A stretch of DNA of 64,000 bases from the human T2T-CHM13v2.0 reference genome, Homo sapiens (GCF_009914755.1 NC_060927.1), one strand, 5' to 3'; positions 26,948 through 42,650 are shown, counted from the first letter of the stretch. The notes: generated by a model not told the origin, from the sequence alone. Program-made: numbers and translations.

Positions 26948-26974
26948 CTCTAAGTAAACAGAAACATAGACAAT

Positions 26975-27574
26975 TGCATTTTTGAAACTGGCCACAATAA
27001 TATCTCCCATTTCTCATGCTCTTCCACATTGTAACCTTACCACAAACTCATTAAAAGGTGGTGCCTATGTTCCTTCCTCTCAAATTTCGGTGGCCTATGA
27101 CTGCTTTGATGAATAACAGATGGCAGCAGTGACACTCTGTGACTTCTGAGGATAGGTCATAAAAGATGACACAGTTTCTGCCTTGTTCAGCAAAACACTC
27201 ACATTTAAAGCTCTGAGCCAGCCTATAAAAAGTCCAGCTACCCCAAGGCCTCCATGCTTAGCAGGAAGGCAAGCTCTGCTCCATGGAAAATCTGCACACA
27301 GATGCTCAAGTTGAGCTGCATAGCCAAGGTTCCAGCCAGAAGCCAGCACCAACATCCAGACGTGCAAGGGAAGAAGCCATCTTTGGAAGTAGATTGTCCA
27401 GCTCCCAGCCATTTGAGTTTTCCCAGCTGAATGTCCAGACATCATGAAGCAAAGAAATCTGTTTCCACCATGCCCTTATTAGATTGCCAACCCAGAGAAT
27501 TTGAAGGCATAATGAAATTGTTATTTTATATCACTAAGTTTGTGATAGACTGCTATACAATAGTAAACGGAACA
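26975..27574 (+). mobile_element. MLT1 (G/H-like) solo LTR
   Basis: 'atggcagcagtgacactctgtgacttctgaggataggtcataaaag'; ends 'tgctatacaatagtaaacggaaca'. Confidence 0.75.
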
Positions 27575-28850
27575 GAGGTTTAACCAAATCATTTTGAGAC
27601 CTCCAGTAATTTCTAAATTCTGCTGCAAAGTGAATTACATCAGAGCAGGGCTATACAGAACACTACTATCTAAATCCCAGTCCTTTAGTTGGAGGTTGAG
27701 AGGACTCACTTGTTCTCAGAATGATGAATAATTCAGAACCAAAGCTTGTCCACTTGGGGCTGTCTTTTTTCAGATCTCTGTTTTTCCGGTCAAGGCCATA
27801 ACATCTTTCTAGCTACAGTGGAATACAGGATCAAGGGAGCTTGCAGAAAAGACAGCCGTGCTCACTACATCTTTAAGGAATTGATACAGCCAGACTTTAA
27901 ACTGAGCCTGGTTCAGTTACTTTAGCTTCACTTTGGGTTTCCTGAAAGTATTCTTTGCTCAGCTGCTTTTGTAATTTTCTTTTTTACCAGGGAAACTTGA
28001 GATAGAAACACACACACACACACATACTCACATGGGTGGGGTGGAGAGGGGGAGGGCTGTTAAAAACACCCATTGTGTTGAATAATTAATTGCTCCCCAA
28101 AATACAATTCAGCTGACAGAAGCTGAACTGAATTCAAACCTTCTATTGTCTTCCATTTTTCCATGTTGACTGCTCCTTTTGGGGCCCTAAAGCAGCATTC
28201 TTCTCTGACAGCAACAAGGAGAAAAACATCCACAAGCCTCCATGTTACATTTCTCTCTTTCAAAGGAATTGCTTAGAATATTACCCTAGTAAATTCAGAA
28301 GATTTTCTTTAAAGTGTTATTTCTTATTTCCAACATGAGTAATTCACACAACTATAAAAGCCCAGCTCACTATAAAGGATGCTCATGTATTAAAAAGACA
28401 TTATTTGAAGTCTGAAGTTACTGAGTGGGGTGTGGAAGGGAGCCAAAAGAATCTTTTGGGGGGAAATGTGTTTCCTGTCTTTGCCTGCACTTGTTTGTTT
28501 TCACTTTGGAAGGAAGATGCAAGTGTCCCAGCTTCACTGTAAGGACTTTACCTTACAGGCAAGAATTCTAGCTATCAGAACCCTAGCATTGGAGCACTTA
28601 TTCAAAAGGCCTCTGATTGGGAAATATAAGCATCCCCATGAAAGATAAGAGCATCAGTTCCTTGCATAGCCTCTGACAACCATAGTTCCCTCTTGGTGGA
28701 ATAAGAGACCATCCCAGGTTTTTCAGAGATCTACTTATTTCTAAAAATCAAACCCAGGTAACTTTTTTTTTTCCATGGGAATGTTCCAGCAGCTTACAGC
28801 TTTGCATTGAAAGCTTTCAAATCTCACAGAAGGATGCTTTGAGGTGGGAG

Positions 28851-29493
28851 TGAGGCAGGAGAATAGGATCTGAAGGCAGGGAGCCTAAGGCCAATTCATG
28901 CTGACTTCCTAGAACTAAATCTAAAGGAAAATCTCAACTTTCCATGCCCAAGGAACAAAAAGACCAGAGGCTACTCCCGTTGAATGCCCCCATCCCCCGC
29001 CACCTTTCCTTTGTGGCAGATGAAAAATTGAAACTACCTCTGATCAGTCCCTTCCCACAACCAATCAGTCTGGTCATGCAGGCCAAGTCTTTATTTGCAT
29101 GGGAGTATAACTTTGTAACTTCACTTCGGCCTCTGATTGGTCACCTTCCACAACCAGACGTTTGCATAGGGTATAACTTTGTAACTTCACTTCAGCCTGT
29201 GATCGGCCACTTTCCACAACCAATCAGACTGATTGCAGGACACTACTTCATTTACATAGGGTGTACACCAAGTAACCAATGGGAAACCTCCTAGAGGGTC
29301 TTTAAACCTCAGAAAATTCTATAACCAGGCTCTTGAGCTCCTATGCTTGGACCTGCTCCCACCCTATGGAGTGTACGTTCGTTTTCAATAAATCTCTGCT
29401 TTCTTTGCTTCATTCTTTCCTTGCTTTGTTCACATGTTTTGTCCAACTCTTTGTTCAAGACACCAAGAACCTGGACACCCTCCACTGGTAACA
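28851..29493 (+). mobile_element. MER51A-like (ERV1) solo LTR
   Basis: 'tgaggcaggagaatagg...' to '...ccactggtaaca'; exact 4-bp TSD GGAG; internal CCAAT-bearing repeats; AATAAA near 29387. Confidence 0.92.
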
Positions 29494-29845
29494 GGAGAAT
29501 TACTACAAAAGGAACCATAGTACCAGGAAACTCATGTCCTGTAGAGACAGTGACTCCATATGGTAGCTAGTCTCCAAAGATGTCCCCCAGAAATCTCTCC
29601 CTCCTCTGTTTTCCCATGCTATTCCTGCATGCAAAGGCAAAACTTATACCACCACTCCTTGAATCTGTGCTGGATTGTCTATTGCTTTGAGCAACAGAAT
29701 GATGAGAAAGTGGCATTTTGATACATCTCAGACCTCTTCTTCCCTCAAAGATGTTTGAGCTGCCGTGGAAAAAATCCAGGTTATCCTGCTGGAGAAAAGG
29801 ATGAGACACCAAGTGTAGAGAAAGGTGCAAAACATCCAATTTTTA

Positions 29846-30180
<335 letters not shown>

Positions 30181-30777
30181 TGAATATTATTGAACTTTCC
30201 TGAAACTCAATTTCCGAATTTGTAAAAATGAAGATAAATACCTATTTTGCAATGTTGTAAAAATCAAATAAAATTATTCTCCCTCCCTTTTTTAAGGTTT
30301 ATTGAGAACCTACCATGTTCCAGGCATTGTGGATACAACAATAAATAAATTATGAATTTTATTTTACAAGAGCGCACAGTCTAGAAGAAGACACATACAA
30401 AATCCTTGAGCTTTGTTCTGGAGTAAGCTTTGAAAATGTAACAATAATAGAATGATCCTTGAGTTGAGCAGGGCACTAAAAAGCTATAAAACTGAAAAAT
30501 ACGATTCTTGTCCACAAGAATCTCTTAATATAGTTAAAATTCTAGAGTTAACATATAAATCATGAATACTGACTACATATCATTGTATGCTAAACTTTAC
30601 AATTGCTGTTCAAGAAATTTTAAAACTAGAAAATGCAGTGTGGAGCAGTCTTGCAGTGCATGGTGGAGGTGAGAGTGAGCCAAGCATCAGGAAGGCCACT
30701 AGGATTTGCAGAGGGGGCGATGTGGGAAGCTCATATTTCTGGCTGGAAAACAACTTAGGCAAACTGATGACTGCAGT

Positions 30778-30982
30778 AGAACTGTCCATAGGACTTTCTG
30801 CCACAGTGGAAATGTTCTACATCAGTGCTGTCCAGTGCAGTAGCCGCTGGCCACATGTGGCTATTGCATACTCAATATGTGGCCAGTGTGACTGAGGAAT
30901 TGATTTTTTAATTCATTTAATTTTAATCATTTTTTATTTAAATATCCACAAATGTCTAGTGGCTACTATGTTTGATGGCACA
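30778..30982. mobile_element. MER3-like hAT-Charlie MITE
   Basis: 'ggaaatgttctacatc...gctggccacatgtggctattg...atgtggccagtgtgactgaggaattga...ctagtggctac'. Confidence 0.75.
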
Positions 30983-31888
30983 TGCCCGAAAGACTTAGGG
31001 AAAACCAGCCATGATATTTTTCCATTGCTTTCAGAGATGTCACCCAAGTTCAGCTGACATATTGTGACTATTTATCTGCCACTACTCTACTCCAACTAAG
31101 GTATAAAACAGACTGAAAAATAGTGCTTCTTTGCAACATAATTCCAGGGCAACTTCATGGGCTGCCAAAGTCTATTCACTCATCCTCATCTTGAACCAGT
31201 CATTTCTCCTTTCAAAGGACTGTGGTTCCCTGTAAAATCCAGAGAAGAGGGAGGGGAAAAACAACAGCCAGCAGTGAAAAAGACAATGACAGAAAGTGCA
31301 TTTACCAGAAAGTTTTAGTATTTTTCAGTTTCCTTGGTTACAAGTAATAGAATAAGGTGGGAGGAGGAAATATTTGAAGCACAAATCACTGGAATAAGAA
31401 ACCAGACAAGGTTTCAAAGCTCAGAGTAACATCTAGGGCACTAGCAAAGCAGAGTGGAGAAATAAGCCAATTATTCTGATGGTCCAAGGCAAAATGAAAT
31501 CTTTCACCTGGAAATCACCAGATAATTCCAAATGAAAGGATTTTTTTTGGTTGTTGTTTTCTGTTGAGTTGAGCTGATAGTTACTAGAGTTTATTTTCTT
31601 AATATACTCTTCAGTATAGCTATACAAAGAAAAGTTCAGATGAACTTATTAGGAGCTGGAGCCTGACTATGATGAATCTGATGGACTCCTCATCCCTTGT
31701 GGAATTAAACCAAGGGTAAATAGGAAAAATAGAAAAGAATAGAGTACACACAAATCCAGAAGCCCTGAGGAATATAAGATTAGGGGTTTTTCCCCCCTAA
31801 GAGACTTGCGGTGCGGCTTCACAACTAGCTGTCAATACTGGGTTTAAGGCATGAGTTGCAGTGGGGAGAAGGAGGTCGTAATTTCAGG

Positions 31889-31912
31889 AGCAGCAGCAGC
31901 AGCAGCAGCAGC
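31889..31912 (+). repeat. (AGC)8 / (CAG)7 trinucleotide repeat, non-coding
   Basis: agcagcagcagcagcagcagcagc. Confidence 0.95.
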
Positions 31913-34849
31913 TCCCATCAACATTAGTGCTTATGTTTGCATTAGTAGGCATGGGCTGGATGTTCTGTCAGGATTTCTCCTATTTCTCTCACAGTAGGCC
32001 TAAGAAAAAGTCTCATTATAGTGTGGGAAACATGCATATGAATGTCCTGATTCAGGGAAATGTCTCTAAAGGAAAAGTACATTCATTAAATTAGTGAGGG
32101 AGAGAAATAAACCAAACTATAAGAAATAAACTTCAGAATCAGTTTAGATGTATTACTATGAATTCTAAATGCTTCTCTGCCAAAGACCCAGCAGACCTTA
32201 AAAAAATCAGAGTAGATGCTATAGTATATTACGCTAGAGAAAACTCTCAAGTGATGAATTAACTTTGGTGTAAGGCAGCTGAGACCAGCTTTGCTCTCCA
32301 GCAGGTTAAAAGGCTGATACAGTGTTGAAGCGCTCTCTGAGTGTGCATTAGACACAAAAGGATCCCCCCACTGTTCAACATATTGTGCTGGAGCAATGGA
32401 ATTTCCAGAAATAGATTCGCCCTAATCACCTTTCTTATATTTTCTAGGGCTGAACCTGAACTTTCAAGGGGCTTGACTTGGCTTTTATTTTTCACTCTTC
32501 TTTTCATAGATGATTTAATTTCCCAGTGTTGCTTTCAGATCAGATGTTATTTTGGGCACAACTCAAAGAAAGCCATCCATATACATTGAGAAGCAGTGGG
32601 TGGCAGAATGAAGTTCAGCTTCATTCCTGATTAAGCAAAGAGGCACATCAGGGGGTGCAGGAGAAGGTGGAGGGAGAAAAAAACCACTAAAGGCTCCAAG
32701 GTCATTGAAAAGTACAAGTATTTGACTACACAGGATGATGCTGGCTGATGCTCAGAGTCTACTAAGTCTCAAGGGGGGACTTGCAGTTTTTTAAATACCA
32801 GAGCTATTGTTCACATTTACTACTATCACAAACCATGTATTTAATTATTACACCTTGATATTTAAAATTTTAACAATAGAAACTGTATAAAATCACAATG
32901 GAAAAAACATCATTTGATATAATTAAGGAATTTTTGTCATTAAAATCTAGCTTAACCTTCTCCTGGTAACATAACTATTCTCCAATCCTAGTTCACAACC
33001 TACCCTCAAAACCTCTTCCTGACCTCCTCTTTCTCTTCCTCCCTCTGACCTGCCAGAAATAAAGCAGGAAATATATGTTGAACCCAAGAACCTGTACAAA
33101 ACTATTTGCCTAACTGTTTCACTTAATTTTCCTCATAAGACTATGAGAGAAAAGTGGGGCTCATGTAGATAAATAACTTGCCCAAAAATAGACAGTTCAC
33201 AATCAGATCTATCTGATTACAAAATTTACACTCAAAAAAAGTTCTGTTTGACCACAAAGAGAGCAGAGCATTTATCTTAAATTCAATGTTTGAAGATTTC
33301 AATGTAATGATGTGAGGAGGGAAAGCCTGATATTTCCAGTGACTTCACACTAAGGCATCTCAAGTCATTATTTTCCTCTTTGTTGGTTCCAAAGTGTATT
33401 GGGGAAGCAATCTGATTTTAATATACTCGCTAGGGAGTACATTTTTAAAACATGTTGGTGTCTTCAACTTGCTGAAAGAGAGTGGGAATTATTTTTTGTC
33501 ATCCCTTCTTTCTTTGAAATTCTAATTCATTAGTAACCACCTGGGACAGCACCCACACACACTTCAGCATCACATGTCAGCGGGCCCCTCCCCTACAAGC
33601 TTCTAACTTGGATCCTAGGCAAAGAAAATGTGTTTGTGCTTAGGGAAAAAAATAACAGCAACAACAAAAGAAAAAAAACCATAGCACCCCACCCACACAT
33701 CTGTTTCATGGGGCTGAAATCAAATGAGGCAAATAACTGAAAGCAGGATTAATATATTCAGAGAACTAGAGGTATTTTTAATTGATTTTCCACCTACTTC
33801 ATACATTCCAATGAAAGCATTTGAGGTCTCATTGAAGATGTCTTAAAACAAATAAAAAATTAAAAAGCATTTAAGCCCAAAATGTATACCTACTTTGTTG
33901 TCCTATCTTATCCTGTCTTCCAGAGAAACTTATGGAGATAAGAAACTTATGCCCACGCTTGACTCTACTTGGTAGCAGGATCACAGACTGAAGATTAAAG
34001 ACAATTCTCTTGTTTTGAGCCATTTTTAATAAGATCAAATATGACACCAAAATGCTATAATCTAGGGCATGAGGGGAAATTACATGGATAATTTTTATCA
34101 TTTTTAATGATCTCTATTTTGTCATTTTTAAATGATCACTTTCCTTATATTTTTAAAGGTTGTTTTATCTAGAAAGAAAATGAAAAGCCTGCATGTTAAA
34201 AACCATAGACAAAAAAAAATCTGATGTGCTCCTATTTCAGACATTGCTAGGAAAAAAATATTTTTTAAAGGCTTCATTGGATCCATACAGTTCTCAGGCT
34301 CCTTTGCCTTTAGGAATTCAAAGCTTGATTATTAATAAGGTGTAGTGGAAATCCCCCAGAGCAGAAGGCAGGCTATATGAATTCTAAATCTCAGCAAGTC
34401 CATTCAGTAGTGGGATGACCTTGGGCAGATCATTTAACCTCTCCAGTTCTTAATGAGCTTTTTAGAAAAAGGAAAGATACACTGGACACCCTCTAAAGAC
34501 CTCTTACAGTCCTAACTGTGCTCAAAATCTAAAGCAATATGCCATATTTAAACTGTAATGAATGTTGCTGCTGGAGGTAATTAGGTATCTTTGGGGATTG
34601 CAAGATGGTAAATGGATGCCTGTTTCTCTCAAAGGATATTATTCCCCCATCTGCCAATTCCCTTAGGCCAGGATAATAATCATTAGTCCCTTCTGAGTTT
34701 GTTCTTGTCTCTTTTACTGAACATATAGTTTACAAATGATGTACACTCACTTATCCCTTGCTGATAACAAAGCACACATTATCCTCTGTTCTCTCAGCAT
34801 TTCTATAGTCAAATAGTCATCACTTTTAACCTGCTGAAAAACACCACAG

Positions 34850-36030
34850 AACCTCAAAAGAACTCAAAAACAGAGTGGTTAGATAGGATATCATAAAGGC
34901 TATAGTAGCAAATGTCTGGAGAAGGTCTGTTCTATACATGGTTGCCAAAAAAAGCCTCTTTGAGGAAGAGAGATTTGAGCTAAGATGTGTTAGATAAAAA
35001 ATAAAACATGAAAAAAGGCAAGAAAATAACTTCCCAAGTGGGAGGAACAGCATGTACAAAGGTCCTGAGGTGGGAAAGAGATTGCCATATTCCAGGAACT
35101 TAAAGTAGGCCAGTGTGATCAGCTGGGGGGAAAACTACACAAAATGAGGTTAAAGAGCTAGGAAGGTCTGGTTCATACATGCGGCAGGCTGTGCTAAGGT
35201 GTACTGCTAAGTGAAGTGCGAGCCATTGCACAAGGGTATAACATGATCTGATCTAAGTATTTGAAAGAGAAAGTACTCTGGCTGCTGTATGGGAAACAGG
35301 TGTTCAAGGTGTGAGGCAGCAAGAACTAAAGCAGAAATAAATATGGGAAGAGTTTTGCAATAGTTCAAAAAATAGTTGGCTGGACTATGATGGTGGCAAT
35401 GAAGGCAGAGTGCATGAAGTTGAGATGTATTTTGGAAGTAGAAACAATGGGACTTGTTAATGGATTCAATGTGGTCAGGGAGGTGTGTGGAGGAGGGTAG
35501 TTGAAAGATACAATGATTACTGTTTAGATTCTGGCAGCTCAAGTACCAAAGAGATGGGGAATTTAATGAGATGGAAGAAAGCAAATAGCCCTGCTTTTAC
35601 AGCACAAGCTTGGTTTTCTTCTAGAAAAAAAAAACCTATTGTAAAAGCAAGACTATCTGTGTACAGATGATATTTAAACCGTGAAACTAGATGAGCTCAC
35701 CTAGGGAGAGAATGTAGACAGGAGAGAGTACCTGTAACCAATGTCAGAGGATTGTAATGTTTTCAACAGAGAATGAGAAGGAACAGAGATGTAAGAGGAG
35801 AACCAAGAGAGGGTGTTATCATGGAGCCCAAGAACAGAGAATATTTCAAGAGGTAAAAGAGTAAACTGGGTCTAATGCTACTCAGAAGTTTGGTAGAATG
35901 AAACCTGAAAAGTGACCATTGGAAATAGCAACCTGGTGACCTTAACAAAAGCAATTTTCATGGCATGCCAGGCAAGTCAGCTTCAGTGTGTTGAGGAATG
36001 AATGGGAGCTGAAAGCAAAGGCAACCCACA
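34850..36030 (-). mobile_element. L2 LINE, interrupted by the L1 stack and resuming at ~44109-44425
   Basis: 'gaacagcatgtacaaaggtcctgaggtggg', 'agatgtattttggaagtagaa', 'tgaccattggaaatagcaac...gtgaccttaacaaaagcaatt'. Confidence 0.75.
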
Positions 36031-36615
36031 CACACAATTCCTTTTGTTTGTTTTAATTTAACATTTTAATAGGAAATACATTAATAGAACTCAAAATTCA
36101 AACAGTGCTAAAGAGTATGCAGAAAGAGGATTCCCTCCCACACGGACCCCTCAGCCCCACTGTTCTTCTTGAGGTATTTTGTGCATAAGTAAGCTGTATT
36201 CTTGTCTTTTTATTTCTTTTTTTAATACAAATGACTGTGACCTATATAGACAGTTCCATGCCTTGCTTTTTTCACCTAAAAACATATCTTAGATCACTTT
36301 ATATCACTATATAGTTTCCTTTATCATTTTCAACTTTTGTAGTGCTTTATTGAATGAAACTAATAGTTTAGTCTCTACTTGACTTTCTGTCATTGCAAAC
36401 CGTGCTGAAACAAATATCCTTGTGTATATGTCCTTTTGTAAATGTGCAGATGTCTCTACAAAAGAAACTTAAAAGTGGAATTGCTGTGTCAAAGAGTGTG
36501 TTCCTTAGTTATTTTGATAATAACTGTCAAATTCATCTCCACAAAGGTTGTACATCCACGAGCTGTGTATGAGACTATGTGTTCCCCACACTTTTGCCAA
36601 AACAATATAGCAAAC

Positions 36616-38111
36616 TTTTTTTTCTAACTTTCAGGCTCAGGATGTACATGTGCAGTTCCGTTACATGGGTAAAATGTGTGTTGCTGAGGTTTGGTGTAGA
36701 CCCATGTAGTGAGCATAATACCAGATGGGTAGTTTTTCAACCTCACCCCATCTCCCCAGGTCTTGGGACTCCTAGTTCAGATGCACACTGTAGTCTTAAC
36801 TCCAGAGCGCCATGCGGCTGAGAGCCACAGGGAACATCTGTTTTGCGACTCTCGGCGAGAGTGGTTTCAGAGCATAAGTTCATCACTCAAACTGATACAG
36901 ATAGCTTTAAGGTCTCTCTGTTCTCCCATGTGGCAGTGCTGCTCTTCTTGTAAAGGAGGGTAGGGCCCACCTTTGGGCCCCTGCAAGTGGGTGTTGGTTG
37001 TGGTGGTGGTCAGCTGGTTGGCTCCGCCAGATCTCAGGCCCCAGGGAAACTGGTCAGGTGCCAGCACAGTCGGAATGGGGCAGGTAGTTCCCCAGTTCCC
37101 AGGCCCCCATATATCCCACTGGACAGCAAGTATGAGTCCCGAAGGGACTAAACCCTAGCCCAGAGTTCAAGTGCTGGCTGTCATGGGGAAGCAGACAAGC
37201 TGCTCCCCAGGTACCCGCCAAACTCTCTGGCAGGGGCAGGAAGAACGCTTAGGTTGTGGGAGCCCAAGGAATATCACAGGCCTGTGGGGGTGGGTTTTCA
37301 GAAAGGCTCCGGGCCTCGGGTGAAATGATGAGGCAGGGGCAGGGTGGCTGTGCCATGGACCTTTCACTGAGGAGGGCCGGAACCCTCACGCAAAAGGTGC
37401 CAAGCGTTGTCTGTTCCCTCTGGGAGTTTTGCCCCAGAGGAAGGCAGAGCCACAATTACATAACGGTGCTCAGGCGGGGGCAGGGTTGCTGCGGGGAAGT
37501 CCAAATCTGGAGCCTCCCGGGCTAGCAGCAGCAGGGGTAGAGGCCGCACGTCTGCCAGTCGGACAGTACCCTGGGGAATTGCTGTGCCTGCTTGCAGTGT
37601 TCAAGGGGGTGGGTTGCTGCGCTGGAAGCCCCAGGGGAGCCTTACCTGGCAAAGAGGAGCGGGGCAGTCTGACCACTCCTCCGCATGACAGCTGCGGCCT
37701 CTGTGGGGGCTCTGGCACCTGGTCGGCTGTTCAGGGATCCATGGCCTGTGGGGCTCCACGTGGGTTTGAGGGGTGCCTCTGAAAAAACTCCACGTGGCTC
37801 TCTGTGTGGGTCTAGATGCCCAAGGTGGTGAGGGGAGTTCTCCCGGGCCCAGGATGGCAAAGGTCCGCGTGGGAAGTGTGGATCCCCCGGGGCCTCTCAC
37901 TCAATCGCCCCTTCCCCACCGTCAGGAGCTTCCCACAGCTCCACCGTCCCAGTTGGGTGGCTTCCCGGCTTTGCTCCTCTCTGTTCTCTGGGTCCCCTCG
38001 CTTTCTTGGTGAATCCCAACGTGGTCTCCTAGAGGATCCACTTGAAGAGCTAATATTTTGTCGCCACTTTGTTTCCACTCCGCTGCTTTCTAGTCGGCCA
38101 TCTCGAACCTC
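36616..38111 (-). mobile_element. Internally deleted L1 (L1PA13-16/L1P4-like): ~1.35-kb 5'UTR fused to the last ~140 bp of the 3'UTR
   Basis: Reversed tail 'gtacatgtgcag...gtagtgagcata...ggtagtttttcaacc'; GC-rich block ending in the reversed L1 start 'tctagtcggccatctcg'; no ORF1/ORF2. Confidence 0.75.
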
Positions 38112-38375
38112 ACGAATTTTTTGATCTTGGTCAATCTGACAGATGAGTAAGGCTTCTCAGTGTATCTTAAGTGTTATATTGACATTTTCATTGTATTCTT
38201 AAATGTCTTGATATTTTTTGCATGACTAGGTAATGGATTTCTTCATCTCTTTCAGTAACTTTCAGTAGATACAAACTAATGTTGGCCACTCTGGATTTTT
38301 TTTCCTAGGACACGGTATGCTCTCAAAGTATTTATAATAGATTCAAGATCTTTCTCGTTTCTGTAAAATTGTCTG

Positions 38376-38658
38376 GGATGAGGTGTGATGGCTCACACCT
38401 GTAATCCCAGCACTTCGGGAGGCTAAGGTGCGAAGATCACTTTGAGACTAGCCTAGGCGACATTAGTGAGACCCTGTCCCTACAAATGATTTTTTTTTTA
38501 ATTAGCTGAGCATGGTAGCTGTGCTTTTATTCTCAGCTGTTCAGGAGTCTGAGGCAGGAGGATTGACTGAGGCTAGGAGTTCAAGGCTGCAGTGAGCTGT
38601 GATTTCACCACTGCACTCCAGCCTGGGCAGCACAGCAAGACCCTGTCTCAAAAAAAAA
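38376..38658 (+). mobile_element. AluJ SINE with a left-arm deletion and T-rich linker
   Basis: 'gctcacacctgtaatcccagcac', 'gaggattgactgaggctaggagttcaaggctgcagtgagc'; A tail. Confidence 0.9.
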
Positions 38659-39742
38659 TGGAAGTTCAATCTTTAAATATTTGTTTTATTTTATAATTTT
38701 GGTTTCTTCTTTGGAGACTCAAGTTTTGCAAATATTGTCTCTCCTAAGCCTGCTCATCCATTCCTCTTTTTTCCTGACACTTCACTGATTATTTATTTTT
38801 CTTTCCTTCTTACTTGTCTTGTTCTTCTCTTTTATATCACTTAATGTTTTGACCTGACTCTACTTCCCTGTTTGCAACTTCCAATTTCAATTAATCTCTT
38901 TAATGAAGAATTACTATTAGTTCACTTTTTCTAGAACTATGATACCTCATGTTTCCTCTTCTTACGCAGTCTCATCCTCTTCTACTTGAGTTATTTTTTC
39001 TTTAGTTTATGCTCTTATAACATAAATGAGAGGATTTCATGATTTTTCATAATTCATGAAGAAATGTTTACATATAATTTTCTCCTTTTTACACAAATAT
39101 TCAGAGCAGTTTTATTCATAATTGTAACAATATGGGGGCAACCCAAAATTTCTTTGATGGGTTAATGGTTAAATAAACCCTCCTGGGAGAAGCAGTAACA
39201 TCCATAAAGGTGTGGAAGTTGAAGCAATTGATCAGAGTAGACTGCCTTCCACTGCTCCCACAGCCTGTGTTACTGATGTGACTGTTATGGAACAGAAGAA
39301 AATTTTGAACGACACTCCTCTCATTTCTATGATTTTAATCTTTTGAAATTTATTGATAAATATTCTTCATCCCTAGCAATCTTCTTGCCTTAAGTCTATT
39401 TTGTCTGGTAGTAGTATAAACACACTAAAATTTCTACTAGTATATATGGCTTATTATTTTTCATTCTTTTACTTTCAACTTTTTTGTGCCCTTATATTTA
39501 AAATATGGCTTTTTTAGGCAACATACAGGACTTTTGAAATCTGCTTTAACCATTGTTTTGCCTTGAATTGGAGTACTTATTCAATTTTCATTAAATGTAA
39601 CTACTGATGTAGCATGGCTGACGTCTTCCATCTTGCTGTTTGTTCTCTATTTGCCCCATCTGTTCTATATTCCTTTTTCTCCCCTTTCTCGTCTTCTGCT
39701 ATACTCATTAGGCATTTTTACTTCCATTTTCCCCTTTATTAA

Positions 39743-41978
<2,236 letters not shown>

Positions 41979-42339
41979 ATGGAAGTGGGCATCTTTGTCT
42001 TATTCCAGATTTTAGTGGAAAGGCTTCTAATTTTTCCCCACGTCATATGATACTAGCTGTGGATTTGTTATATATGACCATTACAGTGTTGAGGCATGTT
42101 CCTTCTGTACCCAATTTGTTAAGAGTTTTTATCATGAAGGATGTTGAATTTCATTGAATGCTTTTCTATCATCAATTGAAATTACCATTTTTTGTCCTTG
42201 ATTCTGTTGATATGATGTTATCATGTTTATTGATTTGTGTGTGTTGAACCATCCTATACACACAATTTTTATCTGTTCCACGGCAAATTTTCTTATATTT
42301 TTTTCTGTCCCTAATGCCCCTTTTTATTAGGGACATGTG

Positions 42340-42650
42340 GTGAGAACATGCGGTGTTTGATTTTCTGTCCTTGTGATAGTTTGCTGAGAATGATGGTTTC
42401 CAGCTTCATCCATATACCTACAAAGGACATGAACTCATCCTTTTTATGGCTGCATAGTATTCCATGGTATATATGTGCCACATTTTCTTAATCCAGTCTA
42501 TCATTGATGGACATTTGGATTGGTTCCAAGTCTTTGCTATTGTGAATAGTGCCACAATAAACATACGTGTGCATGTGTCTTTATAGTAGCATGATTTATA
42601 ATCCTTTGGGTATATACCCAGTAACGGGATGGCTGGGTCAAATGGTATTT
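42340..42650 (-). mobile_element. Tail-less internal L1PA5-like fragment, near-copy of 43555-43864
   Basis: 311 bp with no poly(A) and no TSD; nearly identical to the neighbouring L1. Confidence 0.9.

Noticed and set aside
31889-31912. CAG tract as a polyglutamine exon
   Set aside because: No surrounding ORF or convincing splice sites, and only 7 units
36763-38124. Dense cluster of overlapping 60-117 aa ORFs resembling a gene or CpG-island first exon
   Set aside because: Expected from stop-poor GC-rich L1 5'UTR sequence; no recognisable protein
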